A program made the translations under genes and the position numbers. Shown here piece after piece: positions 55,306 to 64,000 of a DNA stretch of 64,000 nucleotides (positions within the stretch are counted from its first letter, which is position 1; each line of letters begins with the position of its first letter). The stretch is from Candidatus Latescibacterota bacterium. GTDB lineage: Bacteria; Latescibacterota; UBA2968; UBA8231. The stretch covers positions 4,576,001 to 4,640,000 of the forward strand of contig OZ244561.1 in NCBI GenBank assembly GCA_965217585.1, given 5' to 3'. The notes beneath the pieces were generated by a model. That model ran no database searches. It saw nothing but the letters and a program-made list of their open reading frames with translations, and was not told the DNA's origin.

Positions 55306-56786
55306 TCCATAGCCGGATCGAGTTTCCAGCGGCACTGGTCGGGAGGCTGGACGGTGCGGCCCCACGCGGCTAGGATGGGCCGGTCGGCGCGGAGCGCGGT
55401 TATGCGCGCGGCGATCCACTCCGGGTCCCACCCGTCTAGGACTTCGGCTTTGAGCGCGGCCAGCGTCTCTTGGTGCGCCGGGTCGGCCGCTAGGTCGCAG
55501 CGCTCGCGCGGGTCAGTTTGGAGGTTAAAAAGCTGGCAGGGCTGGCCGTGGTAGTAGTTGAGCTTCCACGGTCCACGCCGAATCATGCGCTGGAAAATGC
55601 CCTCCTCTGGGAAGGGGCCGCCGGCCCCGGCCGCGTCTTGGCAGAACTCGGAGAAGGCGACGTCGTCCCACTCGACGTTTTTGGGATCTGCGAGCAAGGG
55701 CAGGAGGCTGCGGCCCCGCGAGTTGGGCAAGTCCGGGCAGCCCAAGGCGTCGAGCATGGTCGCGTTGAGGTCGAGTGAAGAAATCACCCGGTCGCAACGG
55801 GTGCCTGCGGGCAAGCGTCCAGGCCAAGCGAGGATGGCCGGCACCTTAACCGAGTCCTCGTAAAAAGTCTGCTTCCACCACAGCCCATGCTCGCCGACCT
55901 GTTCGCCGTGGTCTGAGGTATAGAGGACGAGGGTATTTTCCTCCAAGTCGTTTTCCCGCAGTGCGGCCACGATCTGGCCGATCAGCACGTCCATGCGGTG
56001 GACTAGCGCCCAATAGGCGGCGCGGGCGCGGCGGGTCTCTTCTTCACTGACTTCCTCGATATCGCAGGCTTGGCGCCAGCGCTTGATGTGGGGGTGGAGG
56101 TGGTCGCCGAAGGGTTCGGGGGTTTGCGGCGGGGTGATGTTTTCATAGTAGTAGCGATAGTCTTGCAAGCGGGCGACAAAAGGCTGGTGCGGCAGCATGA
56201 AACCGACCGAGAGCGAGAATGGCTCAGCGGCTTGGCCGGTGCGCTTGGCGACGCCGAAGCGATTGAGGTAATCAACGGTCGCTGCGGTGACGTCTTCGTC
56301 GTGGACTTGGTAGGCACTCTGGCCGTGGCCGGACAGGCGCAGGCTGACGCGGCTCGGCCCGGCCGTGCCCGCGAGCTGGCCGTGATCGACGCCCTGGCCC
56401 CCGGGCTGGTTGGGGCCGTGGTCGCCGACGAGCCGCTCCGCGTACCCGTGTAGTTGGTCCGGCCCAACTGAGTGCATGCGGCCGACGAGTGCGGGGTGGT
56501 AGCCGCCCGCGCCCATGGCGTGGGCGAGGGTGGGGATGCCGGAGTCGAGGATGTGGGTGTTGGTCCAAACTTGGTTGTCGCAGGGGTAGCGGCCCGAGAG
56601 CATGGACATCCGCGAGGGCACGCAAATCGGCGAGGGGCAATAGGTGTTGTCGAATGCCACCCCGCGCGCGGCGAGGGCATCGAGGTGGGGGGTCTCGACT
56701 AAGGGATCGCCATAGCAGCCGGCGACGTAGGGGCTGTGTTGGTCGGAGTGGATGTAAAGCAGGTTGGGGCGAGGTGCTTGGCTCAT
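55254..56786 (-). CDS. Cys-type sulfatase (choline-sulfatase-like)
   Basis: RPNLLYIHSDQH, CVPSRMSMLSG, GRMH, PHQP, SDHG, WKQTFYE. Confidence 0.9.
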   Translation of the reverse strand: MSQAPRPNLLYIHSDQHSPYVAGCYGDPLVETPHLDALAARGVAFDNTYCPSPICVPSRMSMLSGRYPCDNQVWTNTHILDSGIPTLAHAMGAGGYHPALVGRMHSVGPDQLHGYAERLVGDHGPNQPGGQGVDHGQLAGTAGPSRVSLRLSGHGQSAYQVHDEDVTAATVDYLNRFGVAKRTGQAAEPFSLSVGFMLPHQPFVARLQDYRYYYENITPPQTPEPFGDHLHPHIKRWRQACDIEEVSEEETRRARAAYWALVHRMDVLIGQIVAALRENDLEENTLVLYTSDHGEQVGEHGLWWKQTFYEDSVKVPAILAWPGRLPAGTRCDRVISSLDLNATMLDALGCPDLPNSRGRSLLPLLADPKNVEWDDVAFSEFCQDAAGAGGPFPEEGIFQRMIRRGPWKLNYYHGQPCQLFNLQTDPRERCDLAADPAHQETLAALKAEVLDGWDPEWIAARITALRADRPILAAWGRTVQPPDQCRWKLDPAMDYLDPEQLANSQRNTNK

Positions 56787-56929
56787 AATGGTCCTTGTCG
56801 GTTAGGCGGTGTGCGCGATAAGGTATGCGGCTGGTTGGAGCCGATCAAGATGGGGCCGGACGGGTTTTCTCGCGCCGCTGCCTTGTGTACTTTTTTTGCA
56901 CGGCGAACCACAAGCGATGGAGATTAGGT

Positions 56930-57733
56930 ATGCAAAGCAAAAAAACCGCCAAGTCGGCGAAGATGAAGAAGAAGGACTACGAGAGCGAATTGGCCAAGTT
57001 GCACCACGAACTAGTCAAGTTGCAGCACTGGATCAAGGACCAGGGCTTGCGGGTCGTGATCGTCTTTGAGGGGCGCGACACGGCTGGCAAAGGCGGGATC
57101 ATCAAGCGTATCACCGAGCCGCTCAATCCGCGCGGCGCGCGCGTGGTGGCCTTGGGCACGCCGTCGGACCGCGAGCGCACCCAGTGGTACTTCCAGCGCT
57201 ACGTGACCCACCTGCCGGCCGCGGGTGAGATCGTGGTCTTCGACCGCAGTTGGTACAACCGCAGCGGCGTCGAACGGGTGTTGGGCTTTTGCACCGAGGA
57301 GGAGTATTGGGAGTTTCTCCACTCGTGCCCGGAGTTTGAGCGCATGCTAGTGCGCTCGGGGATCATCCTGCTCAAGTACTGGCTCTCGGTGAGCGAGGAA
57401 GAGCAAGAAAGCCGCTTTCAGGAGCGCGCTCGGAATCCGCTCAAGCGCTGGAAGCTCAGCGATATAGACCTCAAGTCGCGGAACCTGTGGGTCGATTACT
57501 CCAAGGCCAAAGACGAGGCGTTTTTCTACACGGATATTCCCGAAGCGCCTTGGTACACGGTCGAGGCCGACGACAAGCGCCGGGCGCGTCTCAACTGCAT
57601 TGCGCACATCCTCAGCCAACTGCCCTACGAGGATGTGATGCCGCAAAAGGTCAAGCTGCCGCCGCGCCCGCCCCACGGCGAGTACCAGCGCCCGCCGCAC
57701 AGCAAGTTGCACTTTGTCGATGAGCGGTACTGA
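56930..57733 (+). CDS. ppk2: polyphosphate kinase 2
   Basis: FEGRDTAGKGG, QWYFQRY, FDRSWY, KRWKLS, DDKRRARLN. Confidence 0.95.
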   Translation: MQSKKTAKSAKMKKKDYESELAKLHHELVKLQHWIKDQGLRVVIVFEGRDTAGKGGIIKRITEPLNPRGARVVALGTPSDRERTQWYFQRYVTHLPAAGEIVVFDRSWYNRSGVERVLGFCTEEEYWEFLHSCPEFERMLVRSGIILLKYWLSVSEEEQESRFQERARNPLKRWKLSDIDLKSRNLWVDYSKAKDEAFFYTDIPEAPWYTVEADDKRRARLNCIAHILSQLPYEDVMPQKVKLPPRPPHGEYQRPPHSKLHFVDERY

Positions 57734-57776
57734 AAAGCGGTTTTGCAACTTGCCCGAGTGCGAGCAATGAGACGCG

Positions 57777-58478
57777 ATGTCTACAAGCCAATTCGAGTTT
57801 TTCGGCCTTCCCCACCTCGCCGCGATGGGTGTGACGCTCGCTTTGCCGATCCTCTTGACTCTTGCCGTCAAGCGGCTCAATTCGGCAAAGGCGACTCAAG
57901 CCATCTGCGGCGCATTCGCGGGCGTGCTCCTGCTCAACGAGATCCTGCCCTGGAGTCACCGCTTGGCGACGGTCGGGGCGCACGAGTTCGCGCGGTGGTA
58001 CCTGCCGTTGCACGTCTGTGGCATTACCGTCTTCGCCGTCGCTGCCGCGCTCGTCTTCCGCTGCCGGACGGCGTATGAAATCGCGTACTTCTGGGGGCTT
58101 GTCGGCGCGACCAACGCCGTCGTCACGCCGCCGCTCGAGGCTGGCTATCCAGCGTATCGCTTCTTTCAATATTTCATCGCCCACGGCGGCATCGTCGCTG
58201 GCGCGCTGTTCGCAACTTGGGGCCTCGGCATGCGACCGACGGCCAAGTCCGTCCTCCGCGTCTTCGCACTGCTCAATCTCCTGGCCATTGTCGCGTTCGG
58301 CGTCAATTGGGCGCTGGGTAGCAACTACATGTTCCTCAGCCGGCCGCCCGTTACCCAGTCGCCGTTTTTCTTTGCTCCGTGGCCGTGGTATATCCCAATC
58401 CTCGACGGCGTGGCGCTCGTTTTATTTTACGTGCTACTCATACCCTTTAAGATCGGGCGCAGAGCAGACGGCTCGTGA
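57777..58478 (+). CDS. TIGR02206/YwaF-like membrane protein
   Basis: LPLHVC, YFWGLVGA, SNYMFL, PWPWYI. Confidence 0.8.
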   Translation: MSTSQFEFFGLPHLAAMGVTLALPILLTLAVKRLNSAKATQAICGAFAGVLLLNEILPWSHRLATVGAHEFARWYLPLHVCGITVFAVAAALVFRCRTAYEIAYFWGLVGATNAVVTPPLEAGYPAYRFFQYFIAHGGIVAGALFATWGLGMRPTAKSVLRVFALLNLLAIVAFGVNWALGSNYMFLSRPPVTQSPFFFAPWPWYIPILDGVALVLFYVLLIPFKIGRRADGS

Positions 58479-58524
58479 GCGCCTACAACGCCATTTACTC
58501 GACGAGCGTTCCTTTTAGATTCCC

Positions 58525-60162
58525 ATGAAAGCATTCCACCAAAAAAAGAAGGCTACGCCCAAAGAGTCCGAGTCTCAGAGTCTCAAAGCGGGCATAGGCA
58601 CGCGCGTAGTCGGGTTATTGGAAGCTCCTTGGGCACAGTGCGGTATTCCCCGCTTTGTTGTCGCGGCGACATTTTTCCTAGGGATCTGGACCTTCGACCC
58701 CAAACTTTCCCTGAGTGGCGATAACGCCGAATTCATCACGCTGGCGCGCAGTCTGGCCCAAGGCGAGGGGCTTTTGCACATCAACTCGCCCGATCCGCAG
58801 CCAGCGACCAAGTACCCTCTTGGCTTCCCCCTTTTGCTGGCCCCTTTGGCATGGGCTTTTCCCGGCGCTTGGGTGCCGATGAAGGCTTGGGTGCTGGTGC
58901 TCTTTGCGCTGGGGATGGGGGTGCTTTACCAATTGGCCAAGGAGCGGGTGGGCGTCTTGCCCGGCCTAGCGGTGGTGGCGCTGAGCGTTGTGCTCGGCAA
59001 GAGCTATTTGACGCACGGGCCGACCGGTGCAGTTTACGGCCCGCTACTTCTGCATTACGTACACCAAGTCATGTCCGAAGTGCCCTATCTGACCTTTTCG
59101 CTTTTGGCGCTGTGGCTTGTCGAACGGGGCGTCGAGCGCGAGGGCCTCAAGGGAAACTGGTGGCTCGTCAGCGGGTTCACCTGCACCATTTGGGCGTACT
59201 ATATCCGCACGGTCGGGATCGCGCTAATAGCGGCTGTGGTGGTCTATCTGGTGCTCCGACGCGATTTCCGGCGGTGTTTGCTCTTTGGCGGTGCGGCGTT
59301 TGTCTGCTGGCTGCCATGGACATTGCGCAACCAAGCAGTGGGCGGCGGTGGTGTCTATATCAAGCAACTCTTCATGGTCAATCCCTACCACCCAGAGCGG
59401 GGTCTGCTCGATCTGGGCGGCTTTATCGAGCGCTTTATCGGCCATATATATCTCTATCTGACGCAGGAATTGCCCTATACCCTAGTGCCTTTTTTTTTGG
59501 GTACCGAGACAATTTTCCACCCCGCGCCCTTGTTGCTGATCGCGCTCGCCGTTGCCGCGACGGTACTCTGCATCAAGCGCGGCGAACATCTGTTGCTCCT
59601 GCTCTACGCGGCCTTCTTCATGGGTATCGTGTTGCTCTGGCCCTGGCCGGGGGACCGCTTTCTGGTGCCTATCGTGCCGGTGCTCGTCTTGTTGGGGGTC
59701 TGGGTCGTTTTGCAAATTCGCGACAGACTGGCCGGGGGCCATGTGGGCAGGGTCGTGGTATGGGGCTTCTTCCTCGCCTGTGTCATCGGCCAAGTCGGCG
59801 GCGTCAAACGCCTAGCCGATCACGCTGCCGCCGACTACCCCCCGCCTTGGCTCCGCTACTACCAAGCCGGTCAATGGCTCAAAGCCAACGCGCCGGAAGA
59901 CGCCATTGTGCTGTGTCGCAAGGGGTACTGGATGTACATCGTCTCGGGCCGGCGCTGCGTCGGCTTCCCCTTTGACGAGCCGGCAAAAGTGCTGGCTCAT
60001 ATGGAGCGCGAAAAGGTAGATTACGTCGTGCTGGAGAACCTCGGTTTTGCGCAGACTTGGCAGTACTTGTTCCCAGCTATCGAGGAGTACGAGAGTCGTT
60101 TTCAGATGGTGTGGCACGACCCGGCGGTGCCGACTTACGTGCTGCGTTTCCTCAAGCAATAG
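58525..60162 (+). CDS. GT-C fold membrane glycosyltransferase (ArnT/PMT-like)
   Basis: GDNAEF..LARSL, YPLGFPLLLAP, MSEVPY, RFLVP; many TM helices and a periplasmic C-terminus. Confidence 0.75.
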   Translation: MKAFHQKKKATPKESESQSLKAGIGTRVVGLLEAPWAQCGIPRFVVAATFFLGIWTFDPKLSLSGDNAEFITLARSLAQGEGLLHINSPDPQPATKYPLGFPLLLAPLAWAFPGAWVPMKAWVLVLFALGMGVLYQLAKERVGVLPGLAVVALSVVLGKSYLTHGPTGAVYGPLLLHYVHQVMSEVPYLTFSLLALWLVERGVEREGLKGNWWLVSGFTCTIWAYYIRTVGIALIAAVVVYLVLRRDFRRCLLFGGAAFVCWLPWTLRNQAVGGGGVYIKQLFMVNPYHPERGLLDLGGFIERFIGHIYLYLTQELPYTLVPFFLGTETIFHPAPLLLIALAVAATVLCIKRGEHLLLLLYAAFFMGIVLLWPWPGDRFLVPIVPVLVLLGVWVVLQIRDRLAGGHVGRVVVWGFFLACVIGQVGGVKRLADHAAADYPPPWLRYYQAGQWLKANAPEDAIVLCRKGYWMYIVSGRRCVGFPFDEPAKVLAHMEREKVDYVVLENLGFAQTWQYLFPAIEEYESRFQMVWHDPAVPTYVLRFLKQ

Positions 60163-60233
60163 GCCATTTGCCTTGCCGACCGCTCGCATCTTTTGAAATG
60201 CCTCGCCCGTTTTCTCCAATAAAGAAGGTGTCC

Positions 60234-62108
60234 GTGATTCGGCGCTGCTCGCTACACGTTCTCCTGTCCTATTTGGTGTGCAGTCTCGTCTTTACCTACC
60301 CGCTGGTATTTCGCCTAACGACCCACGTACCCGGTGGTAAAGGTGATGTGCCGATCTATATATGGAACCTATGGTGGATGAAAAAAGCCCTATCCGAGGG
60401 CATCCCGCCGCTTTTTTGCGACTATATCTTCGTCCCTTACGGCGCGTCGCTGGTCTTCCACTCCTTCGTCTTTTTCAAGGCTGTATTGGCAGTGCCCTTG
60501 CAGTGGTTATGCAGTGCTTGGACGGCCTATAATATCCTGATCTTGGCGACGTTTGCCACGGCCGGTTGGGGTATGTTTTTGCTGGCACGCTACCTGACTG
60601 GCGATGGCCGGGCCGCGTGGATCGCCGGGCTTATCTACGCCTTCAGCCCCTATATGCTGACCCGCAGTCTAAGTCATTTCAACTGCCTGAGCAGTGAGTG
60701 GCTTCCCCTTTATGTGCTCTGTCTGATCCGCTTGGTGGAAACGAAGGATCAACGCTGGGCTTGGGGTGGTGGGCTGTGTCTGTTGCTGACGGCCTACTGC
60801 GATTACTACTACCTCATCTACCTGACGTTGTTCACGGCATTTTACCTCGGTTGGCGATCCTACCGCGACAGGTCGGAGGTACTAAACGGAACCTTTCTTG
60901 CGCACTTTGCGCTTATGGGGGCCATTGCCGCGGTCGGTTTCGCGCCCATTCTGTGGGTGCTCTTTGAGACGGCACAGAGCGGCTACATTTACGGAGGAGC
61001 CTCTTCGGCCAAGCTGGGGGCAGACCTGCTGGCTTTTGTAACACCGCCGCCGGGCAGCCTGCTCTATGGCGATGTAGGGGCTGGGGCCTACAAAGTATTT
61101 TCCGGCGGCAATGCGGTGGAGGCGACGGTATTTTCCGGCTATGTGGTGCTTGGTCTGTTGGCAGTGTGTGTCCTGCGCTTGCGGGGCGAGGAGGCCATAA
61201 GGGGATGGCTGTGGCTGACGCTGGCGTTTTTCCTGCTCTCGCTGGGGCCGCTGCTCCACATCGGCGGGGATTTTGTCTTCGCGCTTGGAGAAGGGCGCTT
61301 TGCCGTGCCATTACCCTACGCGCTTGTGCGCTACGTGCCCCTGATCAAGGGAGCGCGGGTGGCAGCGCGTTTCGATATTATGGTCATGTTGGGCTTGGCC
61401 GTACTCGGCGCGTACACCATGCGCTATTGGCTGGACCGGGTAGCTCATCCGGTTCGCTGGACGGCGGCGGTTGCTGCGCTGATTGCCTTAGAGTTCTTCA
61501 GGCTGCCCTATCAGGTCGCGGCAATAGAAATCCCCGCCGCCTACGCCGAAGTCGCCGGCGATCACCGCGACGTAACGGTCATGGAAGTGCCCTTGGGCTG
61601 GCGCACTGGCTGGGGAGGCACGGGGCGCAGCTTCGACGAGCGACAATTGTTCCAGACTGTTCACGGCAAACGGCTGGTAGGTGGCTTTGTTGCGCGGGTT
61701 CCCGAAGACGGACTACAACGTATGACGGCGCTACCCGGGGTCGGCCAACTCTTGGCCCTGCAGGAGGAATTGCCGAGGCCCCCTTCACCAACGGCAGCCC
61801 GCCGGCCCGCTATCCGGGCACAGCTACGGGAGCTTTTGTCGCAGTTACCAAACTTTTTGCGCGAGCGACTACTGCGCAACAATTCGGTGCGCCGCTTTCT
61901 CTCCGACGCGCCATTAAAGCAGATCCCGCGCTCAGGATCGCTGCGGGATCTGGTGCAAGCTGTCAACTTGGGCTATGTATTCGTACATCCGCCTTATAGC
62001 GGTTACGCGCCGATCCGGCGCTATTTGGAGGCCGGTTTGCCTCTGGAGCAATTTTACAAGCACGACGGCGTAATAGGCTACCGGGTGGTGGCACCAATGG
62101 ACAGATAG
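60234..62108 (+). CDS. GT-C fold membrane protein (YfhO-like)
   Basis: TYPL, GD...WNLWW, IYAFSPY, LSLGP, RVAARF, QTVHGKRLVGG; GTG start inferred. Confidence 0.7.
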   Translation: MIRRCSLHVLLSYLVCSLVFTYPLVFRLTTHVPGGKGDVPIYIWNLWWMKKALSEGIPPLFCDYIFVPYGASLVFHSFVFFKAVLAVPLQWLCSAWTAYNILILATFATAGWGMFLLARYLTGDGRAAWIAGLIYAFSPYMLTRSLSHFNCLSSEWLPLYVLCLIRLVETKDQRWAWGGGLCLLLTAYCDYYYLIYLTLFTAFYLGWRSYRDRSEVLNGTFLAHFALMGAIAAVGFAPILWVLFETAQSGYIYGGASSAKLGADLLAFVTPPPGSLLYGDVGAGAYKVFSGGNAVEATVFSGYVVLGLLAVCVLRLRGEEAIRGWLWLTLAFFLLSLGPLLHIGGDFVFALGEGRFAVPLPYALVRYVPLIKGARVAARFDIMVMLGLAVLGAYTMRYWLDRVAHPVRWTAAVAALIALEFFRLPYQVAAIEIPAAYAEVAGDHRDVTVMEVPLGWRTGWGGTGRSFDERQLFQTVHGKRLVGGFVARVPEDGLQRMTALPGVGQLLALQEELPRPPSPTAARRPAIRAQLRELLSQLPNFLRERLLRNNSVRRFLSDAPLKQIPRSGSLRDLVQAVNLGYVFVHPPYSGYAPIRRYLEAGLPLEQFYKHDGVIGYRVVAPMDR

Positions 62109-62206
62109 GTTGAACAGCAGGCGGTCTCATTGACTCTGGCTACGAAATACAAACTAGAGCTTTACCGTCCATTCTTTAGGCCGTAAAGCTCTTATAGTGA
62201 CGCTGA

Positions 62207-62235
62207 TTGACATACGGATTTCTCATCGCTATTTT
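62207..62235 (+). promoter_or_regulatory. sigma70-like promoter
   Basis: TTGACA-N17-TATTTT, preceded by a 10-bp inverted repeat AGAGCTTTAC/GTAAAGCTCT (about 62156-62192). Confidence 0.6.
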
Positions 62236-62333
62236 GGCCGAGTCTATCCTCTCGCTGTGCGCTGTGTTGTGGTTTTTCGGGTTATCTGCTGAATACAAGA
62301 GCCTTTTGGCAAATAGGTAGAGATTCTCCCATG

Positions 62334-62387
62334 AGGATGGACAACGGCTCGAGTCCTTCGGGGCTCCCTGTCCATCCTTTTTCTTTT
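62334..62387 (+). terminator. leader terminator/attenuator hairpin upstream of the methyltransferase
   Basis: AGGATGGACA...GAGTCC TTCG GGGCTC..TGTCCATCCT followed by TTTTCTTTT. Confidence 0.65.
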
Positions 62388-62403
62388 CCGCGCGTATTCG
62401 AAC

Positions 62404-63252
62404 ATGACGAATGTACTACGGTGGCGGCACCGCATTTCCTTGCCCGACGGTACAGTAACTCCGGGGGTACAGGACTCGCCGGCCCTGCTTAAGCGGTTGC
62501 AGCTACCTGAGGACCTTTCCGGCAAGACGGTGCTTGATATCGGCTGTTCAGATGGGTTCTATAGCTTCGAATGCGAGCGTCGGGGAGCTTCTCGTGTCCT
62601 AGCCGTGGACAATTACAGTTCGCCCTTGGTTGACTCGCCGTCCGGCTTTCACATGGCCCATACCTTGCTTCATTCAAAGGTGGAATTTCGCCAAGCAGAC
62701 TTGTTCAGTTTGAATCCGGACAAGGATGGATGCTTTGATATCGTCCTGTTTCTGGGCGTTCTCTACCACTTGCGCCATCCCTTACTTGGTATAGAGCGTA
62801 TCGCAAGCTTGTGCCGCGAAAAGCTGATTTTGGAAACGCGTTTGGATTCCCCTTTTGGCTTGTGGGGGGGGCTCAAGCGCCGTCTGCTAGGCCCGGACAA
62901 TCGTAGCCCTTCTATGCGCTTTTGCGAGGGGGCGCAAGTCAATTCCGATCCAACGACTTGGTGGACTCCCACGGCCCAATGTGTAAAGGCCATGTTGCGT
63001 TCTTGTGGTTTCTGCTCAGTCAAGCAAGTAGATAAACAGGGCTGGCGGGGTATATTCCACGGGGATAGCCCACGATGGGGCTCTGACGTGTCGGCCTTGG
63101 TCCAATCCCTGGGAAGCCAACGGGTGGCTCTAGCCTACGAGCAAGAGACGGGCCGCTCTCTAGAGGGGAAAGAGGTGGTGGAGACTCTACGCAAGGTGTC
63201 CATCCCTCAGTTCGCTGCCATCAAACAACGAGCCTTTGAGCTAAACGGATAG
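62404..63252 (+). CDS. class I SAM-dependent methyltransferase (DUF1698/CmoB-like)
   Basis: WRHRISL..TPG, VLDIGCSDG, FDIVLFLGVLYHLRHP, WWTPT. Confidence 0.85.
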   Translation: MTNVLRWRHRISLPDGTVTPGVQDSPALLKRLQLPEDLSGKTVLDIGCSDGFYSFECERRGASRVLAVDNYSSPLVDSPSGFHMAHTLLHSKVEFRQADLFSLNPDKDGCFDIVLFLGVLYHLRHPLLGIERIASLCREKLILETRLDSPFGLWGGLKRRLLGPDNRSPSMRFCEGAQVNSDPTTWWTPTAQCVKAMLRSCGFCSVKQVDKQGWRGIFHGDSPRWGSDVSALVQSLGSQRVALAYEQETGRSLEGKEVVETLRKVSIPQFAAIKQRAFELNG

Positions 63253-63380
63253 CTTCTGGCTACAAAAAGATGGTGGAAGCGGCCTTGGTTGGGCTCCCGT
63301 TTCAAGCGGCCAGTGTGAGATGACAATTCCGATTGAATAACCAAGCAAAGGTTCATTCGACCACCCAGCGGCACTTGAGT

Positions 63381-64000
63381 ATGGTAAAGGTACCTATCGC
63401 GAAGGGTCGTTACGGCTGCTACAAGCGGCTGGCGGCCTGTCTGCTGAATGCCGGGCTGGCCGCATGGGCGGAGCCGGTGGCCGCGGAGTCAAACCCGTGC
63501 GCCAACGGTATCGTCGTATCGGAGCCGCAGGACCACCCCGGCTTAGTAGCCAACTGCGAGGTGCTCCTGGGCCTACGCGACCACTTGGCCGGCGACCGCG
63601 GCTTAAACTGGAGCGCGGACATACCCATTACTCAGTGGGACGGTATCGCGGTCGGCGATTCTGGTGTCAAAACGTTGGAACTCGGCGACAACGAGTTGAC
63701 GGGTGTGATTCCAGCCGAATTGGGCGACCTGAGTCAACTGGAGTGGTTGAGCCTCTACGACAATGAGTTGACGGGTGTGATCCCGCCCGAATTAGGCGAC
63801 CTGAGTCAACTGGAGTGGTTGGACCTTAGCGGCAATGTGCTGATCGGCTCGATTCCACCCGAACTGAGCCAACTGATAGCCCTGCGGGGGCTGTATCTCT
63901 ACGGCAACGAGTTGATCGGCTCGATTCCACTCGAACTAAGCCAACTGACAGCTCTGCGGGGGCTGCGCCTCGACAACAATGGGTTGACGGGTGTGATTCC
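63381..64000 (+). CDS. plant-receptor-type LRR protein, runs off the window
   Basis: Open frame from ATG 63381 with no stop, so it is absent from the ORF track. LRR N-cap (CEVLL..LNW..QWDGI) then 24-aa repeats LxxNxLTGxIPxELGxLxxL. Confidence 0.88.
   Translation, partial: MVKVPIAKGRYGCYKRLAACLLNAGLAAWAEPVAAESNPCANGIVVSEPQDHPGLVANCEVLLGLRDHLAGDRGLNWSADIPITQWDGIAVGDSGVKTLELGDNELTGVIPAELGDLSQLEWLSLYDNELTGVIPPELGDLSQLEWLDLSGNVLIGSIPPELSQLIALRGLYLYGNELIGSIPLELSQLTALRGLRLDNNGLTGVI

Overview
GC-rich bacterial chromosome segment with about 55 CDS and no rRNA, tRNA, CRISPR array or prophage. It carries three Cys-type sulfatases, tandem PhyH-like dioxygenases, sugar-acid enzymes, eukaryote-like repeat proteins (internalin LRR, plant-type LRR, FN3, TPR, PD40, Ig-like) and an FlgD/T9SS-CTD-like domain. 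This content suggests an FCB-superphylum host-associated lineage such as a sponge symbiont (Latescibacterota/Gemmatimonadota-like); that placement is inference. Housekeeping genes include trxB, rsfS, mtnA, mltD, mreD-mrdA-rodA, parA, mazG and ppk2. Main observations not in the ORF track: (1) three unrelated miniature transposable elements with terminal inverted repeats and target duplications, all at repeat-protein genes (one brings a promoter to a Shine-Dalgarno site, one splits a PD40 gene, one carries a REP-type hairpin); (2) an intact 1195-bp IS4-family element with an 8-bp target duplication; (3) two promoter-anchored structured leader RNAs (upstream of parA and of a methyltransferase); (4) a sequence signature of CCWGG decay to CTAGG/CTTGG; (5) an archaeal/Dim1-like rRNA dimethyltransferase; (6) an orphan ParA next to a sigma-54 activator with no sensor domain; (7) a large FlgD-FN3-CARDB-LRR-metalloprotease gene split by a 1-nt deletion. 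All protein calls come from motif recognition by eye; no database search was run.
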